Assembly (NCBI GenBank): GCA_045532275.1
Contig: JAZSFQ010000046.1
Span: 56,138-120,137, forward strand
DNA: 64,000 nt
Reading direction: 5' to 3'
Source of the DNA: Saccharofermentans sp.
Lineage (GTDB): Bacteria; Bacillota; Clostridia; Saccharofermentanales; Saccharofermentanaceae
The notes under the pieces were generated by a model that did no database searches, was not told the origin of the DNA, and worked only from the letters and a program-made list of their open reading frames with translations. Of the stretch, positions 41,906 to 50,325 are shown piece by piece. The translations under genes and the position numbers were made by a program. How positions within the stretch are numbered: position 1 is the stretch's first letter; every line of letters starts with the position of its first letter.

Positions 41906-41964
41906 TGCCAAATCGTCGAATCACGGCCAATCGGAAACCGGCATGAGATCAAAATGCAGTTATA

Positions 41965-42855
41965 TTATGCTGCACCTGCCAAAGTACCGCCGTTACCGCC
42001 GATAATTCCGACAGCGCCCAGAATCAGAACCAAAACGCCGAGGATGATACGGTACCAACCGAAACAGGTGAATGAATGTTTCCTGATGAAAGCCATAAGC
42101 CTCTTGATAATGAGCAAACTTACAAAGAATGCTGTAATCATACCTACTGCGAGAAGACCGATCTCATGGCCCTGAACGCCGCCGTCATACTTAAGTATCT
42201 TAAGAAGGCTGGCGCCGAACATAACGGGGATCGCGAGGAAGAACGTAAACTTGGCAGCTGCTTCCCTCTTGATACCGATGGCAATAGAACCGACGATAGT
42301 TGAACCTGACCTGGACGCTCCTGGGAAGATCGCAGCAAGGAGCTGAAAAACACCGACCGCAAAAGCATGTCCCCAGTTGAACTGGTTGACCGTATTGACA
42401 ATGGGCTTTCTGTTTTTATTGAAGTATTCGACAACGATAAATGCGATACCGAATACGATAAGGGAAATAGCAACGACTACATAATTATAGAGGTGCTCGT
42501 CGAGCCAGTCGTCAAAAAGGACACCGACGATGGCAGCCGGAACGCATGCCAGAGCAATCTTGAGCCACATGATTATCTTATCCTTCATGATGTAGCTTCC
42601 TATGCCCTCTTTTGCAAACGGATGCTCATTATTCTTCCTGCCGAACGGCCAGATATCTTTCCAGAATATAACAATAACAGCCATTATCGCGCCTAACTGG
42701 ATAACAACAAGGTAAAGGTCGTAGAATTCAGGCGATACGTTAAGCTTCATGAATTCATTTAAGATGATCATGTGTCCCGTAGAGCTTATGGGGAGCCACT
42801 CCGTGATACCCTCAACGACACCGAATATGAATGCTACAAAATAATCCCAAATCAT
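41965..42855 (-). CDS. uppP: Undecaprenyl-diphosphate phosphatase
   Basis: GVVEGITEWLPISSTGH, IQLGAIMAV, PGASRSGSTI. Confidence 0.97.
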   Translation of the reverse strand: MIWDYFVAFIFGVVEGITEWLPISSTGHMIILNEFMKLNVSPEFYDLYLVVIQLGAIMAVIVIFWKDIWPFGRKNNEHPFAKEGIGSYIMKDKIIMWLKIALACVPAAIVGVLFDDWLDEHLYNYVVVAISLIVFGIAFIVVEYFNKNRKPIVNTVNQFNWGHAFAVGVFQLLAAIFPGASRSGSTIVGSIAIGIKREAAAKFTFFLAIPVMFGASLLKILKYDGGVQGHEIGLLAVGMITAFFVSLLIIKRLMAFIRKHSFTCFGWYRIILGVLVLILGAVGIIGGNGGTLAGAA

Positions 42856-42888
42856 TTATTTAAATCTCCTTTTCCTAAAACCCCACAA

Positions 42889-44571
42889 TCATAACACACT
42901 GATCATCCTGTTAAATGCGCAAACTACGGCACGAACGGATGATTTTGTGACTGAGCTCGATACGCCGGCTCCGATATAAGTCTGTTTATTGGCCTTGTTA
43001 GTAATCTCGATATATGTAATAGCCGCGGAATCTGAGCCTGACTTCATTGCGTGCTCTGAATAATTAGAGATTGAGAAGTCTATACCGGTATAAGCGGAAA
43101 AAGCACTTACGAATGCATCGAGAAGACCGTTACCCTTTCCTTTTATGGAAACTTCATTTCCGTGATCCGTTATCAGAGCCTCGACAGTCGATACCTGATC
43201 GCTGTCCTGCTGCTCCGAGAAGTTCTTGAGACCGTAAGGCTCAAGGACATTGATAAACTTATCATCGAACAGATCGAAGATCTGCTGCGGCAGAAGTTCA
43301 TTCTCGGTACCGTTCGCCTCGGTAGCGGCCTTAACGACAGGAAGGAAGTCTCTTTGGAATCTCTTAGGCAGCTGGACACCGAAATACGTCTCCATAACAT
43401 AAGCGATACCGCCTCTTCCGGACTGGGAATTGATCCTGATGATAGGCTCGTATTCCCTGCCTACATCCTTCGGATCGATCGGAAGATATGGAACGGCCCA
43501 TATGGTATCGCCTCTTTCCTCCATCTTCTTCCTGCCTTTGTTGATCGCATCCTGATGAGAACCGGAGAATGCCGTAAATACCAGTTTTCCGGCCCACGGA
43601 TGTCTCGGCTCGACCTTCATACCGGTCAGTTCTTCATAAATATCGATTGTCTTGTTCATGTCCGAGAAATCAAGTCCCGGATTTATTCCGAGCATCATCA
43701 TATTGACAGCAAGCGTAATGATATCCACGTTTCCTGTTCTTTCTCCGTTACCGAAGAGCGTACCTTCCACCCTGTCAGCTCCCGCCATCAGTCCGAATTC
43801 CGAAGTTGCGACAGCAGTGCCTCTGTCATTATGAGTATGCAGTGATACGATAATGGAATCTCTCCACTTAGTCTTTCTGCAGAAATACTCGATCTGGTCT
43901 GCATAGACATTGGCAGTCTGGTATTCGACAGTCTCAGGGAGATTAACGATGACTTTGTTCTCGGGAGTAGGCTTCCAGCATTCGAGAACGCTGTCGCATA
44001 TTTTTACCGAGAAATCGAGCTCTGTATCAGAGAATGCTTCCGGCGAATATTCGAGGATAAACTTCGTCCCGCTCGTATCAGCGTTGATCCTGTCGATTAT
44101 CATCTTTGCGCCGTCAACGGCGAGCTTAATGCATTCATCACAGGAAAAATCAAAGACTACATCCCTGTGAAGCGTGCTGGTGGCATTATAAAGATGAATG
44201 ATAACTGAGGGCGCGCCCTTTACGGCTTCCATCGTCTTATCGATAATATGCTCTCTGGACTGTGTTAAGACCTGGATTGCAACGTCTTCGGGAATCAAAT
44301 CATTCTCGATAAGATACCTGCAGAAATTGTAATCTGTCTCTGAAGCAGCCGGAAAACCTATCTCGATCTGCTTAAAACCGACAGAGCAGAGATATTCGAA
44401 GAATTCCACCTTCTGCTCAAGAGTCATAGGGACTTCCAATGCCTGGTTACCGTCCCTGAGATCAACAGAACACCATACCGGTGCTTTTGTGATCTGATTT
44501 CCGGGCCACTTACGATCCGGCAGATCAACTGTCGGATGAGCTTTATATCTTTGATAATTCATGTCTGACAT
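42889..44571 (-). CDS. leuA: 2-isopropylmalate synthase (yeast/actinobacterial-type LeuA)
   Basis: WCSVDLRDGNQAL, HTHNDRG, SGSHQDAI, RINSQSG, C-terminal regulatory domain. Confidence 0.95.
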   Translation of the reverse strand: MSDMNYQRYKAHPTVDLPDRKWPGNQITKAPVWCSVDLRDGNQALEVPMTLEQKVEFFEYLCSVGFKQIEIGFPAASETDYNFCRYLIENDLIPEDVAIQVLTQSREHIIDKTMEAVKGAPSVIIHLYNATSTLHRDVVFDFSCDECIKLAVDGAKMIIDRINADTSGTKFILEYSPEAFSDTELDFSVKICDSVLECWKPTPENKVIVNLPETVEYQTANVYADQIEYFCRKTKWRDSIIVSLHTHNDRGTAVATSEFGLMAGADRVEGTLFGNGERTGNVDIITLAVNMMMLGINPGLDFSDMNKTIDIYEELTGMKVEPRHPWAGKLVFTAFSGSHQDAINKGRKKMEERGDTIWAVPYLPIDPKDVGREYEPIIRINSQSGRGGIAYVMETYFGVQLPKRFQRDFLPVVKAATEANGTENELLPQQIFDLFDDKFINVLEPYGLKNFSEQQDSDQVSTVEALITDHGNEVSIKGKGNGLLDAFVSAFSAYTGIDFSISNYSEHAMKSGSDSAAITYIEITNKANKQTYIGAGVSSSVTKSSVRAVVCAFNRMISVL

Positions 44572-45401
44572 ATATTTCCACCACAAGGAAGACTTTGTTT
44601 AACGTTAATTAAAACTCTTTTCAATTCATAATCATACACTTTTGAAGCAAAATCCGATAATTCCCATAAACCGTCAGTTTTTTGTAATAGTACCTGGGTA
44701 ATATCATTTTTAGTAATCAGGCCATAATGAAGTCTACCTGTTTTTTCACACAGATACTCAGCAATATCGCCTGTAGAACAAATAGAACTATCTCCTTGTA
44801 TATACTCATCGAGATCAGGTTCAAAAGGAGAACACGATGTGCCCACATACTTTTGAACAAACATATAAACCTGATTATTGTAATCGTTTACCTTCAGTTC
44901 TTTAACATAAACATTTCTGAGAAGACCGCCATACAAAGATTCCTGATGGTCATATTCATAACCCGTAAGTAATACATTCCGGATACTGTAAGAGTTATTA
45001 GGAGAAACAGATGTGCAGAAATGGGTTATTGCCCGGATATAAGCCAGTTTCTCTAATATATTTATGAATGCCGCCTGCAGACCGTTCCCGCGGAACCCTT
45101 CCCTGACTATGCACAATTTAAGATCCATAGCCTTATCAACACTGAACTTTTGAAGGTTAACACGCAGATCGGTCTCCGGAGGCACCGGGTCAACTGCAAT
45201 TCCGATAGCAATAAGCTTTTTATCGATAAACACGCCTAAAGCAATATTTCTTTCAGAAACCGCCTGGAGTAATATTTCCGGACTGTTTCTCCTCAGTACA
45301 GAACTGTCTTTCAGTCCGAGGAGCGTATTCTCCTGTAACTCAAGAATTGAATCAAGATCAGCCGCGTTTAGAGATCTAATATACATTTTTTCAAATTTCA
45401 T
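44559..45401 (-). CDS. GNAT family N-acetyltransferase with an additional ~110-aa C-terminal domain
   Basis: Acetyl-CoA motif VREGFRGNGLQ, TSVSPNNSYS, YGGLLR; ATGA overlap with the upstream fusion gene. Confidence 0.8.
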   Translation of the reverse strand: MKFEKMYIRSLNAADLDSILELQENTLLGLKDSSVLRRNSPEILLQAVSERNIALGVFIDKKLIAIGIAVDPVPPETDLRVNLQKFSVDKAMDLKLCIVREGFRGNGLQAAFINILEKLAYIRAITHFCTSVSPNNSYSIRNVLLTGYEYDHQESLYGGLLRNVYVKELKVNDYNNQVYMFVQKYVGTSCSPFEPDLDEYIQGDSSICSTGDIAEYLCEKTGRLHYGLITKNDITQVLLQKTDGLWELSDFASKVYDYELKRVLINVKQSLPCGGNICQT

Positions 45402-47770
45402 GTATTATCCTCCACGGGTTTCATTTGATTTAACATATAATCAATAATACGCTTATGCCTGCTGCTACACCACTTTTCATCATCTGCCTTTTCGGCAATA
45501 GGACACAGGATCTGGAAATCCAGGACTTCACCCGGAACCCTTCCGCTGCGCATTGGCATCATGAAATTTTCCATCCACTTTTCATCATCAGCACCGGTAA
45601 ACTCTTCAGGCTTTAAAAATGTCCATTGACGTTTAGTTGCTTCGATAAATGCTTTAACAGACAATGGTGAGAGCAGCTCAAATTCCTTCCCGTCAACATC
45701 TTCAAAAATAGCCGGCAAAGGCGCTTCTACAACTCTTTCCTCACCTCTGACGATCTTTAAACCCAATGCCTCAAAAGAATAATCTTCTTTGGTAAAATGC
45801 AGTTTTATAAGGATTCCGGAATCCGTATAATGCTGAGAACGCTGATAATCTGTATCAAATATAAAATTACCGAGTGAATAAAAGATGGTTTTACTGCCGA
45901 CTGTTTCATAATTCATCGGAACATGAGGATGATGACATACAACTATGTCCGCTCCCATATCCAGATATTTCAAATATCTGTCGCGTGTATACGGAGACGG
46001 AAGCGGTGTAAATTCCTCACCGCCGTGTACAACAATAATGCACCAGCGGCATTCAGACTTTATTCTGTTTATTGAGTCTCTGATCGAATCGAGATCATCC
46101 CAGCGGAAGCATCCCGGAACTCCGTCACCGGCAGCACGGCATGCTCTCTGATAACCTACACATATCATGCCGATACCGCCCGCTTCGTTGAGTATCACCG
46201 GTCTGTGGGCATCAGCAATATCCATGCCTACACCAAGTGTTTGAATACCGTAAAAACCGGCAATGTCCAGAGTACTCTTAAGGCCGGCTGGACCTGCATC
46301 CATGATGTGGTTATTACACAGCGACCAGATATCTGCTCCTATATCAACAAGAAAAGGGGCTACTTCACTGCTCATGGAATGGATCAACTGAGCAACGCCT
46401 TCATTCTCAGACGTTAATGTGACATCCATTAACGGTCCTTCAACATTGACAACAACATGGTTGGAAGCACTCAGAAATCCTCTGACCTGATCACTCAGAA
46501 GATCTTTATTCCTCCATTGTTCCGACATGTATTTGTCAAAGCCGATATCACCGGTAAAAACGATCGAGGTATCACTTTCCGCTTCGGATAACACATACTT
46601 CTTAAATGCATCACCGCGTTCTTCAAAATCCTTAAAATATCCGTAAGATGCAGCGGCAGGAGAAAGAACGCAGGCACAGCCTTTAGGCGTATGTATTCTT
46701 GCAGTTCTCACCGCGGCAAACAGATCGGCAACAAGAACGCAGCAGGAAAGACCGCTTAATTCCTTATAGATCCTTTCACCCGAAGAATAGGCGAAAATAT
46801 AAAGCATATCCTGATGTGAACGGATATGATCTATTAAAAGGCTGTAATCTATATTACGGTCCATTCCGCCGATTATAATGCTCTTTACGTTTTCAATACT
46901 CTGTATTGCCTGTATAGCCGCTTCGGGAATGGTTGAGATGGAATCATCATAATAATTGATACCATTCACAATCCCGACAAACTCCATGCGGTGAGGCAGC
47001 CCTTTAAATCTTAAAAATGCGGAGCGGATCTCTTCGTCCTGCATATTAAACAGCTCAGAACAAATGGTATAAACAACATTGGCGTTGTACTGATTATGTA
47101 TACCTAAAAGCTTAATATCATATTTTTTCTGTGTAACCTCAGGTAATAACCGGATCTTTGCCTCAGTAGAAACATACGGAACAGAAGATCCGTGAAAATA
47201 GTAATCATTACCATTCTGATGTCTGGTTATATTTGCTTTTGCCCTGAAATAATTCTCCCTGGTACCATAGTAATCCAAATGATCCTCAAACAGATTCAGG
47301 ATAACTGCAATATGAGGAGAATAACGGCATTTATACAGTTGATGGCAGGATAATTCAAAGACGATTATTGTCTGATCATCAATATCATCATAATAATCCA
47401 GACACGGATAGCCGATATTGCCTACAAGGAGCACATTTTTACCATAATGAGAAACAAGCGTGGAATACAACAGAGAAGACGTGGTACTTTTTCCCTTGGT
47501 TCCGGTAATACCTACAGTCTGACCTCTGAACTGGGAAAGGAACAATTCGGTCTGCGATGTCAGTTTCTCATTATCGACCGATGTATGTATTCCGGGACTC
47601 TTAATTACCAGATCATAGTTATCAAATTCAATATCTTCAACGTATCCTTCAAATATCTCATAAACTGAAGACGGGCAATGACTTTTAAGGAATCTCTCGG
47701 TCGATTTTCCTTCGCGGCCATAGCCCCATATTAAGATCTTTTTATTGTTTAATTCAGATATAATGCTCAA
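45398..47770 (-). CDS. MurD(MurD2-like) amino-acid ligase fused to a CapA/PGA_cap metallophosphoesterase domain
   Basis: About aa 1-390: IWGYGREG, GITGTKGKSTT, FELSCHQL, EDHLDY, PHRME, DDSISTIPE, GGMDR, SPAAASY...RG. From about aa 400: FTGD, NVEG, CNNHIMD, HGGEE, CHHPHV, YSLGNFIFD. One uninterrupted ORF. Confidence 0.88.
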   Translation of the reverse strand: MSIISELNNKKILIWGYGREGKSTERFLKSHCPSSVYEIFEGYVEDIEFDNYDLVIKSPGIHTSVDNEKLTSQTELFLSQFRGQTVGITGTKGKSTTSSLLYSTLVSHYGKNVLLVGNIGYPCLDYYDDIDDQTIIVFELSCHQLYKCRYSPHIAVILNLFEDHLDYYGTRENYFRAKANITRHQNGNDYYFHGSSVPYVSTEAKIRLLPEVTQKKYDIKLLGIHNQYNANVVYTICSELFNMQDEEIRSAFLRFKGLPHRMEFVGIVNGINYYDDSISTIPEAAIQAIQSIENVKSIIIGGMDRNIDYSLLIDHIRSHQDMLYIFAYSSGERIYKELSGLSCCVLVADLFAAVRTARIHTPKGCACVLSPAAASYGYFKDFEERGDAFKKYVLSEAESDTSIVFTGDIGFDKYMSEQWRNKDLLSDQVRGFLSASNHVVVNVEGPLMDVTLTSENEGVAQLIHSMSSEVAPFLVDIGADIWSLCNNHIMDAGPAGLKSTLDIAGFYGIQTLGVGMDIADAHRPVILNEAGGIGMICVGYQRACRAAGDGVPGCFRWDDLDSIRDSINRIKSECRWCIIVVHGGEEFTPLPSPYTRDRYLKYLDMGADIVVCHHPHVPMNYETVGSKTIFYSLGNFIFDTDYQRSQHYTDSGILIKLHFTKEDYSFEALGLKIVRGEERVVEAPLPAIFEDVDGKEFELLSPLSVKAFIEATKRQWTFLKPEEFTGADDEKWMENFMMPMRSGRVPGEVLDFQILCPIAEKADDEKWCSSRHKRIIDYMLNQMKPVEDNT

Positions 47771-47782
47771 ATAAACACCGCC

Positions 47783-48532
47783 TTAATGTTTCTTGGCTTT
47801 TTTTGCTGATTTACCCTTTATTATCCTGTCGTATCTTTCAGGATTTACTAAACCGCGCAATTGCCTGGCCTCATAAACATTATCCCAAATGATTGTTTTG
47901 CCATCATTATTCGCATCAACAAATTTCCGATAAGCTGCATCCAACTCTTCATCTGTGGTTTTATGAATATGAACTCGGTATTCCAGCCATTCTTTTTCCA
48001 ATTTGAAGATATTAATGAAGTTTTCCGGCTGAGGACCCAATTTGCTGTTTTGAAATAATTCACTGTGAACTGCCATGAAAAAGCGATAAGCAAAAAGGTC
48101 ATCAATAACCGCAAATGTAAGAACGCCACGGTTTTTAAGGATATATATCGTCTCAAAAAAAGTAAGATAATTAGAAATAGAACCCTTTTCAATAACAGGC
48201 GGTTCATTCTGGTTATCAGTATTATTCCTGTTATCATATATTGATTGAAGAATATTATATGTGCGCATGTAATCAGAATTTCCGACAAAATTCTGATTCA
48301 GTTCCATAATGAATGTAGCTCTCGCAATCTCTTTAGATTCATAAAGCTGCTGGATAGTAAACAGTATCGTAATTCCGAGTCCGACAACTTCAGCAAATTG
48401 AAACCAGAAAGAAGCAACTTCTTCAGGAATAGAAATAAAATATGAAATATTACGTCTGATCAGAATGATCAAAGCAATGATCAGGATAAAAAAAAGCGCT
48501 AAAAGCAATTTGCGATACTTAGTATGTTTCAT
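47783..48532 (-). CDS. Hypothetical membrane protein (DUF4760-like)
   Basis: Two N-terminal TMs, then YLTFFETIYILKNRGVL...DDLFAYRF, resembling the DUF4760 core. Confidence 0.55.
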   Translation of the reverse strand: MKHTKYRKLLLALFFILIIALIILIRRNISYFISIPEEVASFWFQFAEVVGLGITILFTIQQLYESKEIARATFIMELNQNFVGNSDYMRTYNILQSIYDNRNNTDNQNEPPVIEKGSISNYLTFFETIYILKNRGVLTFAVIDDLFAYRFFMAVHSELFQNSKLGPQPENFINIFKLEKEWLEYRVHIHKTTDEELDAAYRKFVDANNDGKTIIWDNVYEARQLRGLVNPERYDRIIKGKSAKKAKKH

Positions 48533-48603
48533 TTCCTCTGCACCTCAGCAATTCACTACTGGTTATTTTCATAAATAAAATTCAACATAAAAACATAAGT
48601 ATG

Positions 48604-50325
48604 TCAACCGGATATATATGATGCATAAAGTCTGCTGTAGAAACCGCCGTTTGCGATCAGTTCCTCATGCGTTCCGATCTCTGAGACCGTACCGGCATCA
48701 ATGACTACGATCTTATCGCAGTTGGTTATCTGCGAAAGCCTGTGAGCGATAATAATGCTCGTACGACCGTTAAGCAGCTCTCTGACAGCCTTTTGAATAC
48801 GGTCTTCGGTAACGACGTCCACAGAAGATGTAGCTTCATCGAGGATCATTATAGAAGGATCGGATGCCATTGCCCTGGCGATCGTCAAAAGCTGCTTCTG
48901 TCCTTCTGATATATCATCCCTGTCATTATCGATCATTTCATTATAACGTTTTGGCAGTTTTCTTATAAAAGAGTCACAGCCGGATCTCCTGCAGGCCTCA
49001 TAGACCTGCTCATCTGTAATATGAGAACCGGAAAATCTGATATTCTCCATGACTGTATCATCAGAAAGCCAGGTATCCTGGGTAACGAAACCGATATAAT
49101 GCCTGAGCTCGGATCTTGGAATATCTTTAATAGATCTGCCGTTGATAAGGATATCACCCGAATCAGGCTCATAATAACGCATAAGAAGATTGATGAGCGT
49201 TGTCTTGCCGCACCCTGTAGGGCCTGCGATCGCAAAAGATTCTCCCTTTCCTACAGTAAACGAGATATCCTTAAGAACAGGCTTTCCTACTAAATAAGAA
49301 AAACTGACATTCCTGAACTCGATGTCAAACTGCTTATTTTTCTCAGGCAGTTCCTTAACAGCATTCTCATCAGGTATCTCATCACTGTCCAGATATTCGA
49401 AAACACGGTTAAGGCAGGCAAAGCTGTCCGTCAATTCAGTATATACTGCCGTCAGGTCGTTAAAAGGCTTCATAAACTGGTTGGCATATGCCAGAAGCGA
49501 CGTTAAAGCGCCTACAGTTATCGCTCCGCCTATTCCCGCAAAACAACCTGACAGGACCACGCCTGCATATATCAGAGCATTAACAAATCTTGATGAAGGA
49601 TTGCTGATAGAAGATAAGAAAGTCGCCTTTGTGGAGATTTTCCTGTACTCGCCGTTTATCTCATCAAAATCTTCAATTCTCCTGTCTGTGATGTTATATA
49701 ACCTGCATTCCCTGAAATTCTTTACCGATTCACCGACAAAAGCAGTCTGCTTTGATCTGATGCCGGCCTGGGAAGCGAAAGATTTATAAGCTCCTTTCGC
49801 GATCAGGTAAGAAACTGCGATAGATACAGGAGTAAATATAACGACAATTAGCGAGATCTTCCAGTTAATGCAGAACATGACAACAAGAGTTATCAGGATG
49901 GTAGCAATTCCTGAAGCAAACTGGTTAAGGAACATCAGCATTCCGTCAGATACAGTCTCAACATCGCTTATGATAAAGCTCTGGAGTTTTCCGGCAGAAG
50001 TCTTGTCAATATAAGACATCTTCACCCTGTGCATCTTCGCATAAGTCGCATTACGCAGATTCAGACCTATTGAATATGCGACACGGTTATTCATCTTTAT
50101 CAGCGCAAACTGAAGAAGCGCGGCTGAAATAATAAGCACAAGAATTATCATCAGATATCTGACAAGTGTGTCCATACGCCCTAAATTATCAATTGCTTTA
50201 CCTGCGAAATAAGGTATAGCCACTGTCGCAGCACCGTAGAAGATTCCTATGAAAACAGAAAGCACTGCAATAGCGGATGAACCTTTCAGATATGAGAACA
50301 GGCGCTTTAATGTTTTGACATTCAT
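48604..50325 (-). CDS. Heterodimeric ABC exporter subunit (TMD+NBD, consensus Walker B)
   Basis: GPTGCGKTT, ISEGQKQ, ILDEATS, IAHRL. Confidence 0.93.
   Translation of the reverse strand: MNVKTLKRLFSYLKGSSAIAVLSVFIGIFYGAATVAIPYFAGKAIDNLGRMDTLVRYLMIILVLIISAALLQFALIKMNNRVAYSIGLNLRNATYAKMHRVKMSYIDKTSAGKLQSFIISDVETVSDGMLMFLNQFASGIATILITLVVMFCINWKISLIVVIFTPVSIAVSYLIAKGAYKSFASQAGIRSKQTAFVGESVKNFRECRLYNITDRRIEDFDEINGEYRKISTKATFLSSISNPSSRFVNALIYAGVVLSGCFAGIGGAITVGALTSLLAYANQFMKPFNDLTAVYTELTDSFACLNRVFEYLDSDEIPDENAVKELPEKNKQFDIEFRNVSFSYLVGKPVLKDISFTVGKGESFAIAGPTGCGKTTLINLLMRYYEPDSGDILINGRSIKDIPRSELRHYIGFVTQDTWLSDDTVMENIRFSGSHITDEQVYEACRRSGCDSFIRKLPKRYNEMIDNDRDDISEGQKQLLTIARAMASDPSIMILDEATSSVDVVTEDRIQKAVRELLNGRTSIIIAHRLSQITNCDKIVVIDAGTVSEIGTHEELIANGGFYSRLYASYISG

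Noticed and set aside
43162-43845. 227-aa plus-strand ORF
   Set aside because: Antisense shadow of leuA with no recognisable domain. The same reasoning applies to the other short ORFs nested in or antisense to called genes.
44572-44640. Possible T-box or leader-peptide attenuator for leuA
   Set aside because: The region is the 3' end of the GNAT ORF; no T-box (AGGGTGGNACCGCG) and no Leu-rich leader peptide.
44559-48600. Calling the cassette a mobile element
   Set aside because: No transposase, integrase, att-like direct repeats or tRNA target seen; only composition suggests foreign origin.
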